Virus record (IMG/VR): IMGVR_UViG_3300024262_006558
Coordinates: 186,001-250,000 of that record
DNA: 64,000 nt
Direction: 5' to 3' (one strand)
The notes beneath the pieces are model-generated. The model saw only the letters and a list, made by a program, of their open reading frames with translations. It was not told the DNA's origin and did no database searches. Position 1 is the stretch's first letter; every line of letters begins with the position of its first letter. The translations under genes and the position numbers were made by a program. Shown one piece after another: positions 20,626-30,549 of this stretch.

Positions 20626-20811
20626 ATGGAATTTTCAGATTTAAATATAGACACATTTATTGAGAATAAAGATAGTAAATTACAAGTGAAATATCACTGT
20701 GTTTGCGATGATCCAGAGAACCCTAAATTCACATTATTAAACGAGTCTGGAGAAGTAGTTTTTAAAACTCTTCAGGAAATAAAAAAAGAAGAATATGTCA
20801 AATGTAGTTGA
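20626..20811 (+). CDS. Hypothetical protein
   Basis: ORF track. Confidence 0.5.
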   Translation: MEFSDLNIDTFIENKDSKLQVKYHCVCDDPENPKFTLLNESGEVVFKTLQEIKKEEYVKCS

Positions 20812-21091
20812 AAGCTTACAGAAAATACTTGATAAGTCTAGCGGTAATGGTTTTGAGTTTAGAACTGGTTCAGAAATAACAAACATAGAATATTTAGGTT
20901 TTGGTAGATTTGATGTTGGGATAATACCTTCAGATTCAGACACGGAAATTTCTTTTATTTTTCATTGGAACGAGTTGTTTTTTAATCACAATTTTGCTAA
21001 ATGTTTTTTCGGAGAAGACTCGTATAAACAACAGTTGCAAATTATGGTGCTGGAAGAGAATCCTTTAGAGTATCTTTTGAAATTAATCTAA
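20795..21091 (+). CDS. Hypothetical protein
   Basis: ORF track. Confidence 0.55.
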   Translation: MSNVVESLQKILDKSSGNGFEFRTGSEITNIEYLGFGRFDVGIIPSDSDTEISFIFHWNELFFNHNFAKCFFGEDSYKQQLQIMVLEENPLEYLLKLI

Positions 21092-21148
21092 ACATTTAGC
21101 AACAATTAATTGTTTTTTTCGTTTTATAATTGAACGTGCAATTAATTT

Positions 21149-21667
21149 ATGTTAAAAAAGATTATAAGTGGAGGTCAGACTGGGTCTGACCTAGGAGGAT
21201 TAGAAGCAGGTAAAGATCTCGGTCTAGAAACTGGCGGAACGGCTCCAGAAGGCTGGCTGACAGAACTAGGCCCACAAAAAGAGCTACTACAACAGTATGG
21301 TTTATCTGAAGGTCCAAAGGATGTTAGAAAGTTTGTTAAAAGAACAATGCTGAATGTAGATTGTTCTGATGCTACTATTGCATTTAGATTGAAGAAAAGC
21401 CCTGGCACTGATAAAACCATTGGATATGCTCACAATAAAAAGTGGGAATATCCAAATGACATCTTGGAAACAAGCAATTATAAACCTATATTTGTCATCC
21501 ATAATCTCAACGCTGTGCCTATTAGAAAAATTGCCGCATGGTTAATAGATAATAAAGTTAAAGTTCTTAACGTTGCTGGGCATAGGGAAAAATCTTGGCC
21601 AGGACTACAACAGATAACAAGAGAAATAATTAAAGCAATATATTATGAGCAAAAATCTAAAGCCTAA
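21149..21667 (+). CDS. SLOG-superfamily protein ('putative molybdenum carrier' family)
   Basis: KKIISGGQTGSDLGGL, TGGTAPEGW, RTMLNVDCSDAT, VLNVAGHRE. Confidence 0.8.
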   Translation: MLKKIISGGQTGSDLGGLEAGKDLGLETGGTAPEGWLTELGPQKELLQQYGLSEGPKDVRKFVKRTMLNVDCSDATIAFRLKKSPGTDKTIGYAHNKKWEYPNDILETSNYKPIFVIHNLNAVPIRKIAAWLIDNKVKVLNVAGHREKSWPGLQQITREIIKAIYYEQKSKA

Positions 21668-23162
21668 AGATTGTGCAGTTCCATCCGCTTCAGCACCTAT
21701 GGTAGCTGATGCATATGAATACACTATGGCGGAAGCCAATATTGTAAACCAAATAACAGGAATCAAGTCTATATTCAACGCAGCCTTAAGAGGTATGCCA
21801 ACTAATAAGGTAGTTGGAGAGTTTGAGCATAAAGGTATTAAATACCCTGAGTTGCAAAAAAGGAGCTTCATGATTAATTGCGGACTTGAACAAGTACTAG
21901 CTCTTGTGACAAACACAACCCCAGAGGGGATGGTAGTCATAAAGAATTATTTCAAAGACATTCTAGGGAACAAAAATCAAGAATTTCTAGATTGGATTGA
22001 GCAATTTTCATTCAAAGGCGATTTATATGCCATGGATGAAGGGATTCCATTTTTCTCTCATGAGCCACTAGTTAAAGTGGTTGATGATTTTGAGAGCGGT
22101 CAATTATTCGAAAGCGTAATACTATCGGTCCTTAATAGGGAAATAAATGTAGCAACTACCGCACATGACGTTTATAATGCATGCAAGGATAAGGTGTTGC
22201 TGGAAGGAGCTTCTCGTAGAGCAATGTCTCAACAGGATGCGATAATGCTGTCAAGAGCAGCTTTAATAGGCGGATTCACAGCAACTTCAAATGTGGGATA
22301 TGGAATTCAAAACGATACAAAAGTAGGGGGTACTCACGGCCATTCTTACGTATTGCTTTATGGAAGCGAATACGAAGCTTTTACAGCGCAAGCAAAACTG
22401 CATGGCGATAACACCACTTTCCTTTTAGATACTTATGGAAACGTCAAGAGAGCCATGTTTATAGCGCTTATAGTAGCGGAAGAGCAAGGTTTAAACCATT
22501 GGAAGTACAGATTAGATAGCGGAGACCTACTAAAGCAAGCTATATGGATCCATAGCGCTATGAAAAAGTGCAATTTCAAAAGGAATCAATACGACATTGT
22601 AGCTAGTGATGATCTTAATGCGGGTAAAATCGCAGCAATAGAAGCTGGCGGAGGGGATATTGCATCATATCTAATGGGCACATTTCTAAGTATTCAATCG
22701 AAAGGTCCAGGTATTGTATTCAAGCTTACAGCAAGGGAAGGTGAAGAAGGTAGATGGATTCCTACAGCTAAGTATTCAGAGAACCCAGCAAAATCAACTA
22801 TTGGAGGAGATCTTCAAATTTACAGAATAGAAGGGTCTGATGGGTTCTATGTGAAAGACATAATCGCATTAGCTGATGAAGAAATAGGAGGGTTGATTAA
22901 AGAGGGGGAAAAGGCTAAAGGGTTATTGAAGCAAAGGATTCAAGGGGGTAAGTTAATATATCCAATACCTACTATATCTGAAATACAGCAAATAAGAGAT
23001 GAGGAGTTAGCTAAATTCAAAGATATTGAAAACTACCCTGTTTTTAGAAGCAATAAAGTTAAAGATACTCAGGATGAAATAAAGCGAGAGATTGACTCTC
23101 AAAATTCTAAAGTAATTATTCCTGAAAAATTCAGAAAAATATTTGAAGAAGAGTGTAAATAA
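21645..23162 (+). CDS. pncB: Nicotinate phosphoribosyltransferase
   Basis: ADAYEYTM (PncB-type DxYxxTM), EGASRR, ATSNV, GTHGHS, LLDTY, RLDSGDL. Confidence 0.85.
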   Translation: MSKNLKPKDCAVPSASAPMVADAYEYTMAEANIVNQITGIKSIFNAALRGMPTNKVVGEFEHKGIKYPELQKRSFMINCGLEQVLALVTNTTPEGMVVIKNYFKDILGNKNQEFLDWIEQFSFKGDLYAMDEGIPFFSHEPLVKVVDDFESGQLFESVILSVLNREINVATTAHDVYNACKDKVLLEGASRRAMSQQDAIMLSRAALIGGFTATSNVGYGIQNDTKVGGTHGHSYVLLYGSEYEAFTAQAKLHGDNTTFLLDTYGNVKRAMFIALIVAEEQGLNHWKYRLDSGDLLKQAIWIHSAMKKCNFKRNQYDIVASDDLNAGKIAAIEAGGGDIASYLMGTFLSIQSKGPGIVFKLTAREGEEGRWIPTAKYSENPAKSTIGGDLQIYRIEGSDGFYVKDIIALADEEIGGLIKEGEKAKGLLKQRIQGGKLIYPIPTISEIQQIRDEELAKFKDIENYPVFRSNKVKDTQDEIKREIDSQNSKVIIPEKFRKIFEEECK

Positions 23163-23173
23163 ACATTATTATT

Positions 23174-23776
23174 ATGGATAAATTAAATATAAAAAAAGAA
23201 GAAACGGTTTTTGACAATTACTTTCAAATAGTTCAAGCTGATATTGAAGTAGGGAAAGGCGATGGCGCTAGGATTATTAAGCGTTTAAAACTTGACAGGC
23301 CTGACGCTGTATCTGTGTTAATTTTTAATTCTGACACAAATGAGTTTGTTTTGGTAAAACAAAATAGGTATCCTATTGTAGCTAAAAATGGAAACGATCC
23401 AATCTATGAAACACCAGCGGGTATTGTAGATCCAGGTGAAGAGCCAATAGAGGCTGCTATTAGAGAAACTAGGGAAGAGGTTGGGTATGAAGTTAAAGCT
23501 GACAATATGGATCTTTTCCGTGAATACTATTCTGGGGTAGGTTATTCTTCTGAAAGAATTTTTCTTTATTTCACAACTGTCACCAACAAAGATAGAGTGG
23601 AAGAAGGCGGGGGTCTAGAAGATGAAGGGGAATTCCTTGAAGTTATACATGTTTCAAAAGATGAAGTGTTTAGAATGTTAGACACAAATGAGATAGTCGA
23701 TGGTAAAACAATCATTTCTCTTTTCTTTATAAGAACGGCTCTTATGGATGCTGAAATCGAAAATCTAAACGGATAA
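23174..23776 (+). CDS. Nudix hydrolase, ADP-ribose pyrophosphatase family
   Basis: Nudix box AGIVDPGEEPIEAAIRETREEVG; GGGLEDEGE; IVDGKT. Confidence 0.9.
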   Translation: MDKLNIKKEETVFDNYFQIVQADIEVGKGDGARIIKRLKLDRPDAVSVLIFNSDTNEFVLVKQNRYPIVAKNGNDPIYETPAGIVDPGEEPIEAAIRETREEVGYEVKADNMDLFREYYSGVGYSSERIFLYFTTVTNKDRVEEGGGLEDEGEFLEVIHVSKDEVFRMLDTNEIVDGKTIISLFFIRTALMDAEIENLNG

Positions 23777-23780
23777 TAAA

Positions 23781-23984
23781 ATGTCAAACATAACGTTATT
23801 TAGCATGAGTATGGGGGCTTTATGGTCCGCATACTCATGGCTTGTTATTGGCGACTCGTTAGTTTGGGGATGGAAAATTCCAATAGGAATAGTTGTGTGC
23901 GTGATTTCTCAAGCGTTAATTGAGATTTCTTTAAACGGTTTAGGTATTTTAATCCAAATGTTATGGAAAAAAATAAGAAAATAG
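23781..23984 (+). CDS. Small membrane protein
   Basis: Two hydrophobic segments. Confidence 0.55.
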   Translation: MSNITLFSMSMGALWSAYSWLVIGDSLVWGWKIPIGIVVCVISQALIEISLNGLGILIQMLWKKIRK

Positions 23985-24604
23985 GATTATATTTTGGATC
24001 ATTTAACCCAATAACTAATGCTCACATAATGGTATCTTTACAAGCTATAGAGTATAAAAATAAATTCGAATTAGATGAAGTTTGGTTTGTGGTTTCTCCG
24101 CAAAACCCTCACAAGGACCCAATCGATCTCGCCCCTGTAGAAGATAGAGTGAAAATGATAAGGGGTGCAATAGAGGATATAGGTGGCTGGAGTGATGAAA
24201 ATCATCGTTTAAAATGCTGCACTAAAGAGCTTGAGCTTCCCTCACCATCTTACACCCACATTACATTCGAAGAACTTGAAAAAGAGAATCAAGATTGTGA
24301 ATTCGTTATTGTTTGTGGAGCTGATACTTACGACAATATTCCTAAATGGAAATATGGAGAAAGCATTTGGAAAAAATATAACTTTCTTATCGTTGAGAGG
24401 GGTGACAGTGGAAAGGGAGGGTTTTACCGAAAGTCTGGAGATGATTTTATTCCTGGTCATTTTAGCGTTTCAGCATCCCTAGTGAGAGAGCGTTTGAAAA
24501 ACGGATTGAATATAACTCCTCTGGTTTCAGAAACAGTAAAAAAGCACATATTAAATAATAAGCTTTACGTAAGTTCAGCATCAACAAGCAATGAACTTAA
24601 TTAA
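23963..24604 (+). CDS. nadD: Nicotinate-nucleotide adenylyltransferase
   Basis: IGLYFGSFNPITNAH, VWFVVSPQNPHK, PSYT, GADT..KWK, VSASLVRERL. Confidence 0.9.
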   Translation: MEKNKKIGLYFGSFNPITNAHIMVSLQAIEYKNKFELDEVWFVVSPQNPHKDPIDLAPVEDRVKMIRGAIEDIGGWSDENHRLKCCTKELELPSPSYTHITFEELEKENQDCEFVIVCGADTYDNIPKWKYGESIWKKYNFLIVERGDSGKGGFYRKSGDDFIPGHFSVSASLVRERLKNGLNITPLVSETVKKHILNNKLYVSSASTSNELN

Positions 24605-24926
24605 GCCTCATATATTATTTGTAATATCAGCATTCCTATTTAGCACACTGTTCATAGTTGTCTCAGTAACAACTATGACAGCTAATAGTAATATTAAAAC
24701 CTATCACAAAGACAATAAACAATTATTATCACTCTACATAGATGAATATAGTGATAGCTTATATTGCGCAGTAACTGTTGAGCAGATACAGGTTCATATA
24801 ATGTTTCTTAATAGAGTTTATGAAGAAGTTGATGTTGAAAATGCAACAATTGAGTACTTTCTCTCGTTATACGTTATAAGGTACGGATCAACCATATATG
24901 AAGAAGAGCATCAAATAAAAAATTAG
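24591..24926 (+). CDS. Membrane-anchored hypothetical protein
   Basis: N-terminal TM segment. Confidence 0.5.
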   Translation: MNLIKPHILFVISAFLFSTLFIVVSVTTMTANSNIKTYHKDNKQLLSLYIDEYSDSLYCAVTVEQIQVHIMFLNRVYEEVDVENATIEYFLSLYVIRYGSTIYEEEHQIKN

Positions 24927-24932
24927 AATAGC

Positions 24933-26747
24933 ATGAAATTAAAAACAGCAATTAGTCAGATTAAGCCAGTTACTGGAGATATTGATGGGAATACCCATCA
25001 AATAATCACGGACATTAGAAAAGCTATTAATGAAGGCGTTGATATTATCGTTTTTCCAGAATTAGCAATTACTGGATATTGTTGCGGAGCTCTTTTTGCA
25101 CAAAAACACTTCATTCAATATAATCTTGATTTCCTTTACAAAAAAATATTGCCAGAGGTGACTGGCGACCTTATTTGCGTAATAGGTCACGCGTCTTTCC
25201 ACAAAATAGATGAAGATAACCCTTTCGACAAAGGTGTTGAAAATCAAGACTTTGCATTATACAATTCATGTTCAGTCATTCAGAGCGGGGAGATATTGAA
25301 AAAATACAATAAAGTGTTTCTAGCAAATGATGGACATCATGAGGATAGAAAATATTTCACCCCAGGCATTCATAGCGATAATCTAGATGAAAACCCAATA
25401 GGGCTTTCCATTAAAGTCAAAGGTCAATACATACGTCTTAACACGCTTATTTGTGAAGACATATGGCAAAATCCTGAAGTGTATGATTATGCATTTGACT
25501 CAGTACACACGCAAGGTTTCCCATCAGTAACTATCGCATTAAATCATTCTTATTTCTATTATGGAAAAACAAAAGAAAGATTAAAGATTTGTGAAAAGAT
25601 AGCTAATACATTTGGGCATTCGGTTATCTATTGTAATCCAGTGGGGGTCGGAGACATTGTCAAAAACATCATGATATATGATGGAAACAGTTTTGCTATA
25701 GATGGGTTTGGTCAACTAGTATATCAGGCCCCAGCTTTTAAAGAGGAGTTAGGTATATTTAATCTTGACATCAAAAATGCTAATGAAACAATTAAAGAAA
25801 ATCACCCCAGCAAATACGAAGAAATATTTGACGCCCTAGTATTTACTCAAAAAGAATTCTTTAGAGTTTGCGGATTGAAAAGAGCTCAAGTTCACATAAG
25901 TGGCGGCTTAGATTCAGCGGTTGCTGCAGTTATTAGCGTAAAAGCTATGGGGGCTGAAAATTGCTTTTTCATCTCTAATCCAACATCCTTCAATGGCGAG
26001 GAAACTAGGAGGGCAGCTCAAAGTATATCTCAATTCTTAAGAGTTAAGTTGTGGTGGAATCCAACTGGTGAAATAGTTAATCTTATTGAAAGAGTTCATG
26101 AGAAATCTTTCAATGATAAACCTAATCAAACTGGATTAGCATCTATACACGCTGTCTCTAGAACTGTTCAAGGTTTAGCTGCGTCACACTTCTTCTCTAG
26201 CGGTATAGTAGCTGCAGGCAATCATACAGAGATAGTTTTAGGATGGGCTAGTTTCCATGATATAGGTAGCATTGGGGTCATGTCTATAATAGGAGACCTT
26301 ACTAAAGTTGAAGTGTTCGAGTTAGCTAAATATATTAATGAAAGACTTGAATTAGAAGTGATACCTTCAGAACTGTATGATGGAAGAATGAAGCCTGCGG
26401 CTGAATTGCCAGATGCAAATGAAGACCCGTTTGATTACTTTGTGGTAAGCGGTATATGCGCAGAGATTATAAGAAATAAAAAAGGTATTAAAGAATTAAC
26501 CGAAGCATTCAATACTAAAACTTTAACTGAAGAGTTTTTCCCGCTAGACTGGGATAATAAGACCGTTTATGAAAAGCTAACGTTAGAACAATTTAAGAAG
26601 CAGTTAGAGGGATGTTTTCACCTCGCTAGAGTGAGTGTTTACAAAGCCGCTCAAAGTGCTCCAGTTCCATTGATATCTAGATTTAGTAGAGGGTTCTCAA
26701 GTAGAGAGACCCTTATTAATCACTACAAAGGAGATTATAAATTATAA
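24933..26747 (+). CDS. nadE: Glutamine-dependent NAD+ synthetase
   Basis: Nitrilase triad motifs FPELAITGY, YNKVFL, ICED; synthetase motifs SGGLDS, GDLTK, PAAEL. Confidence 0.9.
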   Translation: MKLKTAISQIKPVTGDIDGNTHQIITDIRKAINEGVDIIVFPELAITGYCCGALFAQKHFIQYNLDFLYKKILPEVTGDLICVIGHASFHKIDEDNPFDKGVENQDFALYNSCSVIQSGEILKKYNKVFLANDGHHEDRKYFTPGIHSDNLDENPIGLSIKVKGQYIRLNTLICEDIWQNPEVYDYAFDSVHTQGFPSVTIALNHSYFYYGKTKERLKICEKIANTFGHSVIYCNPVGVGDIVKNIMIYDGNSFAIDGFGQLVYQAPAFKEELGIFNLDIKNANETIKENHPSKYEEIFDALVFTQKEFFRVCGLKRAQVHISGGLDSAVAAVISVKAMGAENCFFISNPTSFNGEETRRAAQSISQFLRVKLWWNPTGEIVNLIERVHEKSFNDKPNQTGLASIHAVSRTVQGLAASHFFSSGIVAAGNHTEIVLGWASFHDIGSIGVMSIIGDLTKVEVFELAKYINERLELEVIPSELYDGRMKPAAELPDANEDPFDYFVVSGICAEIIRNKKGIKELTEAFNTKTLTEEFFPLDWDNKTVYEKLTLEQFKKQLEGCFHLARVSVYKAAQSAPVPLISRFSRGFSSRETLINHYKGDYKL

Positions 26748-27068
26748 TAAAGTTTCTAAAAAAGCAACAACTTCTCTATAAGGAGAAGTGTTGCTTTTTT
26801 TACTATCTTTTAAAGTAAGCGTGACATAATTTAATATATCTTGTCCAGACAATTGCATTTCTTCACCTGAAGAATCAAACATATCCATCTCATAAAAACT
26901 AGCAGGTTTTTTCTCAAAGTAATTATCTTTAGCCTTCAATATTTGATCAATAGCCTGGTCATTCATTGGTGAAAGAGCTTGAGACATTTCTTCATCAGTG
27001 TAAGCTGGAGCTCCATACTCATTTAAGTAGCTCACTAATTCTTCTTTAACTATTTTTTTTAAATCCAT
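26742..27068 (-). CDS. Hypothetical protein with N-terminal KKIVKEE motif
   Basis: MDLKKIVKEEL. Confidence 0.6.
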   Translation of the reverse strand: MDLKKIVKEELVSYLNEYGAPAYTDEEMSQALSPMNDQAIDQILKAKDNYFEKKPASFYEMDMFDSSGEEMQLSGQDILNYVTLTLKDSKKSNTSPYREVVAFLETLL

Positions 27069-27316
27069 TATCTATTAATTTTTTTCCAAAATTTACGTAC
27101 ATGTCGTTTAATATACCCCCAAATCCCCTCTTCCGCATTTAGAATAGATAATTCTTTTTTTAGCTCAAATGCTAAATCATACTTCTCTTCTTCTACGCAT
27201 ATTGATATCCAGCTATTTAGAATAACTCTCCTCTTATCTTGAGTAAAGTTAGCCTTTTCCCTTACATACCACGTTAGGATATCCTCATTTTTATTTTTAT
27301 CAGATTCTACAATCAT
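27068..27316 (-). CDS. Small protein with UVR-like motif
   Basis: EEEKYDLAFELKKEL. Confidence 0.55.
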   Translation of the reverse strand: MIVESDKNKNEDILTWYVREKANFTQDKRRVILNSWISICVEEEKYDLAFELKKELSILNAEEGIWGYIKRHVRKFWKKINR

Positions 27317-27951
27317 TTTGTTTTATAAGCCTGAAGTTTTTTGTAATATTTTATTTGAGGTATTTTGTTTAATGTGTTAATTAACCCATTATACTTCCAT
27401 TCATACCTATCTTTTAACATCTTCACCAAATCATCATCATCTGAATCATCTCCTAAGGTTTTAAGAGTTCTGTACACATCTTTCAAATCTTCTAAATCCC
27501 CTTCAGGAACGGCTTTCAAATCATCCCCCATGCTTAATAGCATTTTAGAAAGCGTTATTACTTCAGAATTCAATGCTCCAAAGTAATCATTGCTCAGATT
27601 TTTAGGGTCTAACAATGGGTTTTGAGGCAGTTTTTTATTTAACTCGTACACTAACTCTTTATATTCAATAAAAGGCCCCCACTTCAACTCCCCGCCAGTA
27701 GCGTGTTTCAGGCTGTTAGCATATTTTAAATCACAACTCCACCCTGAATCAGATTTGCTAATAGTCACAACTATGTCATTGTGATTTTTTGATTTACTAA
27801 AACTAAATAGCATATTTTCTGGATCAGCATCTACAGCAACAATTTCTAAATCTTGAAGATATACAATGTCTTTTTGTATCTGAGACACAGCTTGTTTACC
27901 ATTGTAGATAGCAAGCTCTTCTTTTATTATTTTCTTGATCCAACTTTTCAT
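27313..27951 (-). CDS. Hypothetical protein with N-terminal KKIIKEE motif
   Basis: MKSWIKKIIKEEL from ATG at 27951. Confidence 0.6.
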   Translation of the reverse strand: MKSWIKKIIKEELAIYNGKQAVSQIQKDIVYLQDLEIVAVDADPENMLFSFSKSKNHNDIVVTISKSDSGWSCDLKYANSLKHATGGELKWGPFIEYKELVYELNKKLPQNPLLDPKNLSNDYFGALNSEVITLSKMLLSMGDDLKAVPEGDLEDLKDVYRTLKTLGDDSDDDDLVKMLKDRYEWKYNGLINTLNKIPQIKYYKKLQAYKTK

Positions 27952-28099
27952 AAATGCTTTTACCTGCGGAAACCCATTCATCAACTAAGTTGTGAAAGGG
28001 TCATTGACTTTAAATAAATATAAACAAATAGATTGTAATTGACTTTGTCTTTGGTTTTTAGTATATTTTTTTAACTATTATTTAAATAAAACATTATTC

Positions 28100-28390
28100 A
28101 TGGTATCAGTATACGTAATTATTAAAGGCACTTATCCAGATCAATACGAACCAGTAGCAGTTGCTGGCAATTTATCAATAGCAAAAAAAACAGCATTAGA
28201 ATGGGTAAATAAATTTAATCTAGAAAATGATGGATTTAATAATGAACTAAGCAAAGATGGGGACAATGGAGCAAGGATATCGGATTATGAATTTAAAAAA
28301 CCGCTTACAGAAAAAGGGGCAAGCGGAGACTATTGGGACAATGACATGGACTTCGTAACATTCAAACAAATGGAAATAGTTACAGAATAA
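28100..28390 (+). CDS. Hypothetical protein
   Basis: ORF track. Confidence 0.55.
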   Translation: MVSVYVIIKGTYPDQYEPVAVAGNLSIAKKTALEWVNKFNLENDGFNNELSKDGDNGARISDYEFKKPLTEKGASGDYWDNDMDFVTFKQMEIVTE

Positions 28391-28392
28391 AC

Positions 28393-29148
28393 ATGGTTAC
28401 ATTAAACACTTCAGATTTTACAAATCTATTACACGACATATATACTATATACGCTCCAGATAAGATGGACGGGATAGATGTTCTTATTGCAAAGTATGAT
28501 GGAGAATACACATCTCAGAGAAACGCAATTCAAATGGCTTACATAATATATAACAAGCCTAAACACCCTAGTTTTAACCCAGAATCTGGCACTGAGATGT
28601 ACATCACTAAGTTGATGGAAAAATATGCTAGAGGAGAGAGAATAATCTCTCAGGAGACTATAAATGAGGAAAAGTCATTAGCGGCTCAAGCAGCAGAAAG
28701 GCAAAGTGAAGAATCTCAACGTGAAGCTGAGGAAAGAGCTATGAGAGAAATTGAAGCAAGAAATGCTTCAGAGGACGAAAAGAAAAAAGCTTTAAAAGAA
28801 ATATTAGAACAAACTAATGAGCAAAGTAAAAAGCTAAAAGAACTGGATGAACTAAAAAAGCAAATTGAACAACAGAAAGAATTCATTAAAAGTGAGAGTC
28901 AGAATTTGCAAAAAAACATCACATCTACTGGGAGTTTGTTTTCTGAAATAACACTGGAATGCGATATACCTATAAACTTTCCTGGAGGAAATGATTATCT
29001 AACAACTCTATGCATAGGGCAACGTTTAATCTATCAAAACCCAGATTCTGGAGCCATAATAGGTTTAGAGGTTGAAGATATTAATGATGACCTTTTTTCT
29101 TCTGAAGATAAAAAGCCAATTAGGATAATGAAAATAAAGAGAATATGA
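28393..29148 (+). CDS. Hypothetical coiled-coil protein
   Basis: Central E/K/Q-rich coiled coil. Confidence 0.6.
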   Translation: MVTLNTSDFTNLLHDIYTIYAPDKMDGIDVLIAKYDGEYTSQRNAIQMAYIIYNKPKHPSFNPESGTEMYITKLMEKYARGERIISQETINEEKSLAAQAAERQSEESQREAEERAMREIEARNASEDEKKKALKEILEQTNEQSKKLKELDELKKQIEQQKEFIKSESQNLQKNITSTGSLFSEITLECDIPINFPGGNDYLTTLCIGQRLIYQNPDSGAIIGLEVEDINDDLFSSEDKKPIRIMKIKRI

Positions 29149-29450
29149 TTTGTTATGGGCATATTTCTTCCGTTGATGATGATCAGTCGTATATTGTGGC
29201 TAGTCCAAAGAATAAAATTATAAAATATACACTTAGAATAGATCATGATTGTGAGGAGCTAGGCCCAAAGCAGAGAGTTTGGATTAAAACTTTGGGAAGA
29301 ATAGTAAAGCTTAACATCACTAAGAATGAGGATGATAGCCTAGAGTTAGATTCAATAACTTTCCCGCGAGGTAAAAACATGACTCAAGAAGAGCATCAAA
29401 ACGTAATGAATCAAACTGAAAAATTGTTTAAAGGAATATCTTGGGAATAA
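29145..29450 (+). CDS. Hypothetical protein
   Basis: ATGA overlap with the upstream gene. Confidence 0.55.
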   Translation: MICYGHISSVDDDQSYIVASPKNKIIKYTLRIDHDCEELGPKQRVWIKTLGRIVKLNITKNEDDSLELDSITFPRGKNMTQEEHQNVMNQTEKLFKGISWE

Positions 29451-29580
29451 TAATTTATTTATGGAATTAGAGTTGTCTATTTTGGAAACTTATAAAACTT
29501 ATTCATTAAACAAGGAAACAAAATAGAATTTTTGGCGTTATATGTCCTAGAAGGAAGTTAAACTAAACAGGAAACATATA

Positions 29581-30444
29581 ATGAAACAACTTAAGATACA
29601 GCACAAAATCTCTAATAGAGACTCAGAGTCAATTAACAAATATTTTACAGAGGTGTCTCAGATTCCAATGATTACAATAGAGGAAGAAAGAATCTTATCC
29701 GAAAAAATACAACAAGGAGATCAATTAGCAAAAAATAAATTGGTTAGCGCTAATCTTCGTTTTGTTATATCTGTCGCTAAACAATATCAAACTGGTAACG
29801 TATCTTTATCTGATGTAATTAATGAGGGCAATCTAGGGTTAATGGTGGCCGCAGAACGATTTGATCACACTAGAGGCTTCAAGTTTATTTCATACGCAGT
29901 ATGGTGGATTAGGCAAAGTATAATTGCATCAATCGACAAAAACAGCAGAGTTGTTAGGCTGCCAGGAAATCGCTCATCACTTCTTAATAAGATAAATCAA
30001 TTTGTAGACCTTAGAGTAAAGGAAACTGGAGAAATTCCAGGTCCAGACGAAATATGTCAACATGTTGAAATAGAGCATAGCACATATATTTTAATCATAG
30101 AAACTTCACTTCCTCACGCGTCTTTAGATAAACAATTGACGGAAGGAGAGTCTTCCACATTAGCTGATGTGATTGAATCTGATCTTTTTGAAGCTCCCGA
30201 CAACGATATAATCTGCGAAGGTAGAGACAAAAGAATAAATAATATGCTTTCTCAACTAAGCGTTCGTGATGCTGAAATAATCACATTAGCATTTGGAATT
30301 GGAGAAACTCAACCATGGACTCTTGAGGCTATTTCTGAAAAGCTAGGCTTATCTAGAGAGCGAGTTAGACAAATAAAAGAGAAGGCAATATCTCGATTAG
30401 GACGAACTCAAGGGTTGAGAAAGAATTATGCTGAATATTTATAA
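29581..30444 (+). CDS. RNA polymerase sigma70 factor (RpoD/RpoS family, Bacteroidota type lacking region 1.1)
   Basis: MKQLKI..NRDSESINKY, ANLRFVISVAKQY, NEGNLGL, GFKFISYAVWWIRQSI, LSRERVRQIKEKA. Confidence 0.92.
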   Translation: MKQLKIQHKISNRDSESINKYFTEVSQIPMITIEEERILSEKIQQGDQLAKNKLVSANLRFVISVAKQYQTGNVSLSDVINEGNLGLMVAAERFDHTRGFKFISYAVWWIRQSIIASIDKNSRVVRLPGNRSSLLNKINQFVDLRVKETGEIPGPDEICQHVEIEHSTYILIIETSLPHASLDKQLTEGESSTLADVIESDLFEAPDNDIICEGRDKRINNMLSQLSVRDAEIITLAFGIGETQPWTLEAISEKLGLSRERVRQIKEKAISRLGRTQGLRKNYAEYL

Positions 30445-30549
30445 ATAACCCCGATCATTATTCAATTGTTTTTAGAGAACCTCAGAGGTTCTCTAAAAAC
30501 AATTAGGTCAAAATTTGTTTTTTAATATTAAAATTTTAAATTTTGCATT

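Noticed and set aside
21645-23162. Calling the PRTase NadV/Nampt (NARP2)
   Set aside because: The motifs (DxYxxTM, GTxxHS) and co-occurrence with NadD and NadE favour PncB; this still needs HMM confirmation.
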